Virus genome (UHGV): UHGV-0177056
Source of the DNA: a virus
DNA length: 14,479 nucleotides
Strand: one strand, 5' to 3'
Position 1 is the stretch's first letter; the number at the start of each line of letters is the position of its first letter. The notes beneath the pieces were generated by a model, which saw only the letters and a list, made by a program, of their open reading frames with translations, was not told the origin of the DNA and did not search any database. Below, in pieces: positions 7,674 through 14,479 of the stretch. A program made the translations under genes and the position numbers.

Positions 7674-7939
7674 GTGAATTAAAGTGTCGAATTAATGGCA
7701 ATCAGATAGAACCGTGTGCGGTACTGGCAAAAGCACTCGAATATGGAAATCCAGCCTTTAAGAGTAAAGGCATATTTATCCCGGAACGCGTGAATATAAA
7801 CACCGGCGAGCCAGGCTTAGACATTGCTCAAATTCACTCCGGCCAATATGTCGGTCGTGGTGTTGCCATGTGTTTTTGCCCGTTCTGTGGTGAAAGTCTG
7901 AAAACATGGAAAAAGGAGGCAACCAGTGAGCGAGATTAA
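7670..7939 (+). CDS. Small Cys-containing protein, possible zinc ribbon (89 aa, GTG start)
   Basis: GTG at 7670 overlaps the upstream stop (GTGA) with GGGAGG upstream. Cys at residues 6 and 16 plus a C-terminal CFCPFC cluster. The track ORF starts at 7607, but that stretch is Gly/Ser-rich and overlaps the upstream gene. Confidence 0.5.
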   Translation: MSELKCRINGNQIEPCAVLAKALEYGNPAFKSKGIFIPERVNINTGEPGLDIAQIHSGQYVGRGVAMCFCPFCGESLKTWKKEATSERD

Positions 7940-8492
7940 CTATCAGGCACTGCGTGAGGTGGCAGAGGCCGCGAAGGGGGATACGACGTGGCAGAACCTA
8001 CAGGCTTTTCATGCTGCGGCTACGCCGGAGGTTGTGCAGGCGTTGCTGGATGAAAACGAAAGACTGTGTCGCGATCTGATAGCTCGTAATGGTGAGATTG
8101 AAGGGCTTCGGGAGTGGGCAGAAGAACTGGAGGCACGGGAGGTGGCTTTGCCAGTAGCGTCATGCATTGTTGAAGATGGATGCATGTGTGTTGATGGGTT
8201 CAGTGAGTATGTAGGTCACTCGCTATCTGATGGAATGCATGAGCTTTATGCTGCCCCGCCAGCGTCGGTAGTGCCGGAAGGACTAGTTAAAGCAGTGCGT
8301 TTCTATGAACAGGTATCGCTACACAGACCGGCGAACTGTCCGATGGTCTGGTTTTTAACGGCACCATTCATAAAAACTTTGAGCTGCGTCTGCCGGTCAT
8401 GCGTGATAACGGGCAGGCACTGGAAGAAACTGAAGAACGCTTTCAGACAGTGGACGGCTTCGCGGCGGATTATTACTACCGCTGTGCGGTAA
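7926..8492 (+). CDS. ead/Ea22-like protein, N-terminal region; C-terminal ~60 codons of the ORF are of doubtful coding nature
   Basis: GTG start with GGAGG RBS. N-terminus MSEINYQALREVAEAAKGDTTW resembles the lambdoid Ea22/ead family start (..QALREAAEKAT.GEW). After about 8300 the translation turns Cys/Arg-rich and non-protein-like, while the chaperone-like frame opens. Confidence 0.5.
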   Translation: MSEINYQALREVAEAAKGDTTWQNLQAFHAAATPEVVQALLDENERLCRDLIARNGEIEGLREWAEELEAREVALPVASCIVEDGCMCVDGFSEYVGHSLSDGMHELYAAPPASVVPEGLVKAVRFYEQVSLHRPANCPMVWFLTAPFIKTLSCVCRSCVITGRHWKKLKNAFRQWTASRRIITTAVR

Positions 8493-8689
8493 TGGCGGCA
8501 ACGCTGGTCCGTCTGGGGGATATTCCGCAGGAAGAACTGACGGCGGAGCTGTTGCACGACAACATGACGCCGGAAGATTTTAATATTCTGCTGGCATCAC
8601 GCAACGTCCTGAAGGTAAAGCGGAGCGGCGGGAATCCCGGCTCGCCGGACTCCGGCTCGCAGTCCTTATCCTCGGGCGCTACGGAATAA
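8309..8689 (+). pseudogene. Tail assembly chaperone-like reading frame lacking an N-terminal start (5'-truncated, or expressed from internal ATG 8399)
   Basis: Frame is open from 8309 with protein-like translation (LVFNGTIHKNFELRLPVMRDNGQALEE...LVRLGDIPQEELTAELLHDNMTPEDFNILLA), but no ATG/GTG/TTG occurs before 8399. Position immediately upstream of the tape measure is typical of a chaperone. Family resemblance is by pattern only. Confidence 0.45.
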
Positions 8690-8703
8690 CTGAAGAACAA
8701 ATC

Positions 8704-8862
8704 ATGACCATGAGCCGTCCCGAGCTGGACGGCTGGCTTGCCGCCGTTGACAGGCTGAACGGCGGCGGCTCAGGAAGAAAGGACACCTCACAGACCACCC
8801 GCCAGTCATTTAAATCCCTCAGAAAGAAACGCAGAAAAGGTAAACAGAAAAATGGCCGGTAA
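8704..8862 (+). CDS. Small ORF in the -1 frame relative to the chaperone-like gene (possible frameshift extension or independent small basic protein)
   Basis: The -1 frame is open from 8584 through 8862, overlapping the chaperone 3' end and the tape measure start. ATG at 8704; translation MTMSRPELDGWLAAVDRLNGG... with a Lys/Arg-rich C-terminus. This geometry matches chaperone long-form arrangements. Confidence 0.35.
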   Translation: MTMSRPELDGWLAAVDRLNGGGSGRKDTSQTTRQSFKSLRKKRRKGKQKNGR

Positions 8863-10246
8863 TTTCAAAGTTGGCATGACCCTGACTGCGAAGGACGAAG
8901 CCTCGCAGGTTCTGGAAAAGGGACAAAAACAGGTTATCAAAGCCACCGAAGGTGTAACAAAGGCAACCCGGAAGGCAGGCGCAGAGCAGACGCGTACCGG
9001 GCAGGAAAGCGTTAACAGCACGAAAAAGGCGGCAAAAGAGATACAGCGTGCCGCCCGTGCCCGGGAAACGCTCGGTATTCGTGCAGAACGCGAGATCCGG
9101 CGTGAAATTTATCAGACGGTTGCCAGCTATAACCGTCTGGCCCGCGCCGGTTTTGAATCTGCGCAGGAGCAGGAGCGCGCCATGCAGGCCACCCGGGAAA
9201 AAGCCCGGGCACTCAAGCGTGAACTGGATGGCGTCACTCAGGCTCAGATGAAGATGGCGAAAACGCCTGTTATCCCTGAACGGGGGCGTTTTGCCCGTGC
9301 GGCTGCATTTGGCGGGAATGCCGTGACAATAGGCGGCGGAATTATGGCAGGGGCCGCCATTATGACGCAACCAGTCAGAAATCAAATGAGTTATGAACGT
9401 CAGCTCAGCATGATGGCGAACACGGCGTTCAGTGATGGTGGTCTGGAAGGCAGGCAGTTTGGGCGTGAAAAGCTGAAAAACAGTATCCGCGCGGCGGTAA
9501 CGTATGGTGGCGGAACGAAAGAGGATGCAGCTGAAGCAATGAATGAGATGTTGGCCAGCGGCGCTTTTTCCTGGGATACCGCGAATAATCTCTTACCGCA
9601 GATTATGAAATTTGCTACTGCATCCGGCGCATCTCCACGCGATCTGGTCACTATGGCGGCCAAAGCTAAACAAACATTTGGACTGACAGATGACGACCTC
9701 CCGGCCATGTTTAATATGGCTGTCGCAGCAGGTAAAGCGGGTAATTTTGAGCTACGGGATATGGCGGAATATCTTGGACCTCAGATGGCGTTAGCTGGTA
9801 ACGCCGGAATGAAAGGACTGGATGGACTCCAGAAATTACTGGCATTTAATGAGGTCGCAGGGATTGCCGCAGGCAGCAGCAGTGAAGCAGGTAATAACGT
9901 TGTAAACCTGCTGGCCAAACTTTTCAGTAGTGAATCAGCAACAAGGGCGAAAAGCATCACGATTGATGGCAAAGGTATTGATCTACCTGGTACGTTGACC
10001 CGAGCTATGGAAAACGGCATTGATCCGATAGAAGCATTTTCACGCCTCACTGATAAAGTCACCGCGAACAACAAACAATATCAGGAGCTTCAGAAGCGTC
10101 TGGCAGCAACAAAAGACAAAGGCCAGCAGGACAAAATCCTAGAGTCTATGGCGAAAATTCTTGAGGGGTTCGGTGTTGGTGAGCTTGTTGGTGATATGCA
10201 GGCACTGAAGGCAATCCTGGCTTACTGCACCTTTAAATACCGTTAA
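8852..10246 (+). CDS. Tail tape measure protein (short, 464 aa)
   Basis: Coiled-coil-like Ala/Lys/Glu/Arg-rich N-terminus, Gly/Ala-rich hydrophobic segment (AAAFGGNAVTIGGGIMAGAAIM), and a core-like motif FELRDMAEYLGPQMALAGNAGMKGLDGLQKLLAFNEVAGIAAGSSSEAGNNVVNLLAKL. Position is upstream of the baseplate hub genes. Confidence 0.8.
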   Translation: MAGNFKVGMTLTAKDEASQVLEKGQKQVIKATEGVTKATRKAGAEQTRTGQESVNSTKKAAKEIQRAARARETLGIRAEREIRREIYQTVASYNRLARAGFESAQEQERAMQATREKARALKRELDGVTQAQMKMAKTPVIPERGRFARAAAFGGNAVTIGGGIMAGAAIMTQPVRNQMSYERQLSMMANTAFSDGGLEGRQFGREKLKNSIRAAVTYGGGTKEDAAEAMNEMLASGAFSWDTANNLLPQIMKFATASGASPRDLVTMAAKAKQTFGLTDDDLPAMFNMAVAAGKAGNFELRDMAEYLGPQMALAGNAGMKGLDGLQKLLAFNEVAGIAAGSSSEAGNNVVNLLAKLFSSESATRAKSITIDGKGIDLPGTLTRAMENGIDPIEAFSRLTDKVTANNKQYQELQKRLAATKDKGQQDKILESMAKILEGFGVGELVGDMQALKAILAYCTFKYR

Positions 10247-10250
10247 CAGC

Positions 10251-11102
10251 ATGATTAAAAAAGCCCAGACAGTGCGTGCCACACTGGTGAATACCCTGCT
10301 GTCGTTCAAAAGTGATTTTGTCTCCACTGTCGATAATATCGTGTCACTGGCAGGCGAACCCGGAAAATTTATCAATGGACTGGCAGAGGTGCTGGAAATC
10401 CACACATCAGATGTCGGGCAACCGGTGCCGGTTCTGCAACGTGTTGATTCTGCCACCCGGACCGGGTTGGCAGGAGAGACGACCGTCGCCAGTTCTGCGA
10501 CAGTGATGAACTGCTGGAATAAGGTCATCACTGATATGGATGAATTTGTTGCGCTGCCTGTTGCCCTGGTCAGTGGCGATAAAGTACCGGAGGTGGTACT
10601 TCCTGCGGATGCCTCGCCAGACGATGTGCAGGATGTGAAAGCAGTTTACGCAACACAGGCCGCATCTGAACTGGCCAGTGTTGCAATGGCGATACTGGTT
10701 GATGATGCGCAGTCAGAACAGCTTATACCGGCGGATATCGGGCGACTGGTCGGGGATGTGCGCACCCGCTTACAGGCTGCCATCACGCTGTTCCGTGAAC
10801 GCTATGAAGGCGAACGCGAACGGATAACCGAAACCGCATCACCGCTGGGGCTGATGTACCCGGAAATCATTCAGAGCATGAAAAACGTGGCGGCATCCGT
10901 GCAGGATGTCGGCCTGCTGGTTCTGTCACGCCGCCCACCGCTGATGCAGAAACAGGTGCAGGCGGACAGCTGTCTGCTGTTGCTGGCGTGGCAGTGGTAC
11001 GGTGATTACAGTCGTGCGGCAGAACTGCAACGTCTGAACCCGCAGCTGCGTGACCCGAACAACATAACCGCCGGGGTGGTCATTAATGCCTACGCAAAAT
11101 AA
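10251..11102 (+). CDS. Tail protein with C-terminal LysM/tail-protein-X-like domain (positional equivalent of Mu gp43/N)
   Basis: 283-aa ORF starting 4 nt after the tape measure stop. C-terminus (DSCLLLLAWQWYGDYSRAAELQRLNPQLRDPNNITAGVVINAY) matches the P2 gpX pattern D.L..I...YYG.......L..NP.L. Confidence 0.65.
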   Translation: MIKKAQTVRATLVNTLLSFKSDFVSTVDNIVSLAGEPGKFINGLAEVLEIHTSDVGQPVPVLQRVDSATRTGLAGETTVASSATVMNCWNKVITDMDEFVALPVALVSGDKVPEVVLPADASPDDVQDVKAVYATQAASELASVAMAILVDDAQSEQLIPADIGRLVGDVRTRLQAAITLFRERYEGERERITETASPLGLMYPEIIQSMKNVAASVQDVGLLVLSRRPPLMQKQVQADSCLLLLAWQWYGDYSRAAELQRLNPQLRDPNNITAGVVINAYAK

Positions 11103-12297
11103 CGAAGACAAAATCAGCCTGGTCATTGCCGGAAGGTCGCATTCTGACTGGAACAGTTATCGTATTGACAGCGATTTCCTGAAAGCTGCCGACGGCTGGC
11201 AGCTTCAGCTGGGGCTGCCTGAAAAGGTGTTCCCGGCGGATATCGTCCGGGGCGCACAAATCCGGTTGCAGGTGGGAGACGAAACGGTGCTCAGTGGGCG
11301 CATAGACAGCGTGCGCCGCAGTGTATCCCGTCAGAGCTGCACGCTGACCCTGTCCGGGCGTGATGATGCCGCCATCCTGGTGGACTGTGCCGCGCCAGTG
11401 TTCAGCGCCAACCAGCTGACGCTGGACGAGGTCATCGACAGGATTGTCAGACCGCTGGGGATACAGCGCATCCGTATTCAGGCGTCCGGTGTGTCACGTA
11501 ATGACAAAGTCGTTATTGAGCCGGGGATGCGTGCGTGGGATGCACTGGCCAAAGCTGCCGCCGGTCGCGGCTTATGGCCGTGGTTTGAGCCTGACGGGAC
11601 GCTGGTTGTGGGTGGCCCTGACTACACCACCACGCCGGTGGATACGCTGATTCTGAAGCTGAACGGCACCGGGAACAACGTGATGGAGCTGGACGATACC
11701 CGGTCCATTAACGGCTGTTTCTCCGAACTTACTGTGCTGGCCCAGAGCCACGCCCGCCGCGCAGACAGCAAGAAACAGGTGGCCGTGGTGCCGCTGGATA
11801 TCTGGAACGAGGACGGCAGCGTGCGCACATTGTCCGGGCAGGACAGCGGTAATACGGACAGTGGCCAGACAGGCATTCATAACATGAAAGCCGTTGCCAC
11901 CGACCCCACCGTGGATTATTACCGCCCGCAGATAATCACCCAGGGCGACACCAGCAATCTGGAGCAGGTGAACTGGCGCGCAAAAAAAATGATGAGTGAT
12001 GCCCGCCTGTCGGGGCTGGATATCGTCGCGCTGGTTGCAGGTCATCGCACGGCAGATGGTGTTCTGTGGCAGCCCGGCCAGCGGGTGCGGATTGTCAGCG
12101 AACTCCACGGCATTGATGCCATCTTTTTCCTGATGGGGCGTGAGTTCAGCGGAGGCCGAAACGGGCAGACAACCCGGCTCCGCTTTAAAGAGGACGGCGT
12201 GTGGATACCTGATGCCTTCCCGCGCGAGAAGAAACGCCATCACCGCAGGGGCAAAAAGAAAAAAGAGGTCGCCATTGTTAAGGTCTGGGAGAAATGA
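11086..12297 (+). CDS. Late control gene D-like tail protein (Mu gp44/P-like baseplate hub)
   Basis: 403-aa ORF; size, position after the tape measure and X-like protein, and overall pattern fit the gpD/gp44 family. Unusual Lys/Arg/His-rich C-terminal tail. Confidence 0.8.
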   Translation: MPTQNNEDKISLVIAGRSHSDWNSYRIDSDFLKAADGWQLQLGLPEKVFPADIVRGAQIRLQVGDETVLSGRIDSVRRSVSRQSCTLTLSGRDDAAILVDCAAPVFSANQLTLDEVIDRIVRPLGIQRIRIQASGVSRNDKVVIEPGMRAWDALAKAAAGRGLWPWFEPDGTLVVGGPDYTTTPVDTLILKLNGTGNNVMELDDTRSINGCFSELTVLAQSHARRADSKKQVAVVPLDIWNEDGSVRTLSGQDSGNTDSGQTGIHNMKAVATDPTVDYYRPQIITQGDTSNLEQVNWRAKKMMSDARLSGLDIVALVAGHRTADGVLWQPGQRVRIVSELHGIDAIFFLMGREFSGGRNGQTTRLRFKEDGVWIPDAFPREKKRHHRRGKKKKEVAIVKVWEK

Positions 12298-12947
12298 TGT
12301 GGGACAAAGTTAATCAGCGCGTACAGCAGGCACTGGCCGCCGTTCGCCAGGCATTCAGGGTGGTGACCGGTACGGTGGACAGTTCGACCAAAGTACAGCT
12401 GCTTCAGCTTAACGGGCTGGCAGGCGAACAGCTGGACGGTGCGGAGTATTTTCAGCATTACGGCCTCACCACATCCCCGCCGCCCGGCTCAATGGGTATT
12501 GCCGTTCCGCTGAACGGCAATACCTCTCATACTGTCGTGGTGGCCACAGAGCACGGCGCATATCGTCTGACGGAACTGAAACCCGGGGAAGTGGCCCTGT
12601 ATACCGATGAAGGCGCGAAAATCGTACTGAAGCGCGGACGGGTTATTGAAACCGAATGTGACGTTTATCGCGTGAAATGCAAACGCTACGAGGTTGAGGC
12701 AGAGGAGAACGCCACATTCACGACACCGTTACTGACAGCCAGTGACAGGCTGACGGTGGAAGGCAAAATCACCGGCAACGGTGGCATGGCCATCAGTGGG
12801 GGCAAGGGATACACTGCCACCTTTGAAGGCGATATCAACCATGTGGGTGGAGTGATTACCTCCGTTGACGTCACCATTAATGGCGTTAAAATCGGAACGC
12901 ACAAACATCCAACCCCACACGGCATGTCTGACACGCCGGTTAATTAA
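12294..12947 (+). CDS. Baseplate assembly protein V-like (Mu gp45-like spike)
   Basis: 217-aa ORF with ATGA overlap to the upstream gene. N-terminal OB-fold-like region and a Gly-rich beta-rich C-terminus (GKITGNGGMAISGG...INHVGGVITSVDVTINGVKIGTHKH) typical of gpV spike proteins. Confidence 0.8.
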   Translation: MMWDKVNQRVQQALAAVRQAFRVVTGTVDSSTKVQLLQLNGLAGEQLDGAEYFQHYGLTTSPPPGSMGIAVPLNGNTSHTVVVATEHGAYRLTELKPGEVALYTDEGAKIVLKRGRVIETECDVYRVKCKRYEVEAEENATFTTPLLTASDRLTVEGKITGNGGMAISGGKGYTATFEGDINHVGGVITSVDVTINGVKIGTHKHPTPHGMSDTPVN

Positions 12948-13000
12948 GTGCTGAACACCCTCACCTGATTCTGACCTGTCCATGCTGCCAGACTGGCGGC

Positions 13001-13339
13001 ATGGACCAGACGATTTCACCTGCAACCGGCGACTACGAACGCCGTCGGATTTATACCCTTCATAACGCGGTTTATCTGCGACTGGCGACGCCGCTTGGCA
13101 GTTACTGGGCGGATGCGTCGCTGGGGTCACGCCTGCACGAGCTGAAGCGGGAAAAAGACGTTTCCCGTGTTCATAAGCTTGCGGCGCAGTATGCCAGCCA
13201 GGCACTTCAGCCCCTGCTCGATGACGGGCGGGCAAAATCCATTACCGTTGACACAAAACCGGGGCAGCGCGGCTGGTTGTTGCTGTTAATCACCGTCACG
13301 GATAACGCGGGCACACCGCAGACGTTTGAACACCTGTGA
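13001..13339 (+). CDS. Mu gp46-like baseplate protein
   Basis: 112-aa ORF; GSRLHELKREKDVSRVHKLAAQYASQALQPLLDDGRAKSITVD...WLLLLITVTDNAGTPQTF fits the gp46 family pattern (SRLW.L.R.K.T...L....YA.EAL.WL.DDG.A..V.V......L.L.V....G....F). Confidence 0.75.
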   Translation: MDQTISPATGDYERRRIYTLHNAVYLRLATPLGSYWADASLGSRLHELKREKDVSRVHKLAAQYASQALQPLLDDGRAKSITVDTKPGQRGWLLLLITVTDNAGTPQTFEHL

Positions 13340-13349
13340 GGATTATGTA

Positions 13350-14429
13350 ATGCCGTTTCCTGTTCCGGGCGTTGCTGAAAACACAGAACGCCAGCTACGT
13401 GATATCGCTAACGCCCTGCCGGGCGAAACCATCGACACCGGCGCTGACAGCGATTACCGCATTCGTGCAAATGCCGTATCCGGCGTGGCGGACGGACTGT
13501 ATATGCATCAGGGGTGGATACTCCGTCAGGTGTTTCCTGATACGGCAGACCCTGAATATCTGGAGTTGCACTGCCGCACGCGCAATGTTTTTCGTAAAAA
13601 AGCAACGGCCTCATCCGGTCCGGCAGTGATTACCGGCACACCCGGTAAGACGCTGCCAGCCGGTGCGGAAATTCGTGGTGAAGGTGTCAGCGTGGCCACC
13701 GCAGCAGACTGCACCGTCGGTGATGAAGGCAGCGCAGAGGTGACGGTAAAAAGCACTGCCACGGGTGCACAGACGAATGCATCCACGACGCAGACGGCAA
13801 CGCTGGTCAGCCCACCTGAAGGCATCAACAGCACGGTGACGATTAAATCCCTGACCGGCGGAACGGACAGGGAAAGCGACGCCGACCTGCTGGCGCGTTA
13901 TCTGGATATTCTGCGCAGGCCGCCCGCTGGCGGTAATAAATATGATTACAAACGCTGGGCGCTGGAAGTGGATGGCGTTACGTCTGCGTATGTGGAGCCG
14001 TTGCGTCGTGGACTGGGGACGGTTGATGTGGCCATTACGTCAGCCAATGACCTCCCTTCGCAGGAACTGATTAATGCCGTGCTGGCACATATTGAGGAAG
14101 TCCGCCCGGTGACAGCGAAGGACACGATGGTGCTGGCCCCGACGAAAAAAGCCGTTGATTTCGTTGTCCGGGTAAAAACCAGTGGTCTTACTGTTGAACA
14201 GATAAAACCACAGATAACTGAAGTTATCACGGATTTTATGAACCGGCTGGAGCCGGGGCAGGAATTAATTATTTCACAACTGGAAACTCAGATTTCATTA
14301 ATTTCTGGCGTCAGTGACCGGCGAATTATTATGCCGTCAGATAATGTAAAAGCAGTTGTCAATGAATCCACATGGGAGTGGCTGCGTCCGGGGAGTATTG
14401 ATATCCAGCCATTTCCCCGGGAGAGTTAA
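13350..14429 (+). CDS. Baseplate J-like protein (Mu gp47-like)
   Basis: 360-aa ORF from ATG 13350 (GAGGA RBS, 7-nt spacer). The track start at 13326 would overlap the upstream gene. Size, position after gp46-like and sequence character fit baseplate J. Confidence 0.8.
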   Translation: MPFPVPGVAENTERQLRDIANALPGETIDTGADSDYRIRANAVSGVADGLYMHQGWILRQVFPDTADPEYLELHCRTRNVFRKKATASSGPAVITGTPGKTLPAGAEIRGEGVSVATAADCTVGDEGSAEVTVKSTATGAQTNASTTQTATLVSPPEGINSTVTIKSLTGGTDRESDADLLARYLDILRRPPAGGNKYDYKRWALEVDGVTSAYVEPLRRGLGTVDVAITSANDLPSQELINAVLAHIEEVRPVTAKDTMVLAPTKKAVDFVVRVKTSGLTVEQIKPQITEVITDFMNRLEPGQELIISQLETQISLISGVSDRRIIMPSDNVKAVVNESTWEWLRPGSIDIQPFPRES

Positions 14430-14432
14430 TAC

Positions 14433-14479
14433 ATGAATACGGTTGATTTATTTCGTGCCATGTTACCACCGGTCAGCTA
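14433..14479 (+). CDS. Start of gp48-like tail protein (DUF2313-like), truncated by window end
   Basis: ATG at 14433 with GGGAGAG RBS; translation MNTVDLFRAMLPPVS contains the LLPPVS-type N-terminal motif I associate with Mu gp48-like proteins. Only 15 codons visible. Confidence 0.5.
   Translation, partial: MNTVDLFRAMLPPVS

Noticed and set aside
8349-8357. Possible programmed -1 frameshift at GGTTTTTAA fusing the Ea22-like frame to the chaperone-like frame
   Set aside because: A -1 shift here would land in the chaperone frame, but the preceding base is G so this is not a canonical X XXY YYZ heptamer. A fusion of an Ea22-like protein to a tail chaperone also has no obvious biological rationale, so a deletion or recombination junction is more parsimonious.
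8852-11102. Tape measure and the following ORF as one gene interrupted by a frameshift
   Set aside because: The two ORFs are in different frames, and the downstream frame has a stop at 10206-10208 upstream of its ATG. The downstream protein has a distinct X/LysM-like C-terminus, so they are called as separate genes.
8819-13235. Long minus-strand ORFs across the tail genes (for example 8819-9385, 11572-12243, 12729-13235)
   Set aside because: They lie antisense to plus-strand genes with clear family resemblance. Their translations are Pro/Arg/Gly/Cys-rich, as expected for shadow frames in GC-rich coding DNA.
1-14479. CRISPR arrays, tRNA or rRNA genes
   Set aside because: No regularly spaced direct repeats and no tRNA-like cloverleaf sequence in the few non-coding gaps; coding density is near-continuous.

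Overview
The window reads as the left arm of a Mu-like transposable prophage joined abruptly to a contractile-tail baseplate module, with no head, lysis, sheath or tube genes in between. Early arm: a leftward CI-type repressor (50-697, minus), a divergent operator region with repeated GGATAAC half-sites, a Ner-like regulator, a MuA-like transposase (1116-3158) and a MuB-like AAA+ ATPase (3177-4070). This is followed by a tightly packed block of small accessory genes (DUF3164-like, ANR-like, DUF2786-like, several unrecognisable ORFs), including one reverse-oriented acidic ORF with its own RBS and terminator. From about 8300 onward: a start-less tail-assembly-chaperone-like frame with a downstream -1 frame ORF, a short tape measure protein, a LysM/X-like tail protein, a late-control-D/gp44-like hub, a gpV/gp45-like spike, a gp46-like protein, a baseplate-J/gp47-like protein and the start of a gp48-like gene. 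A lambdoid Ea22-like ORF reads straight into the truncated chaperone frame, which suggests a deletion or recombination junction, i.e. a defective or head-less Mu-like element. No rRNA, tRNA or CRISPR array was seen. All functional calls come from reading the translations and motifs by eye; no database search was run.
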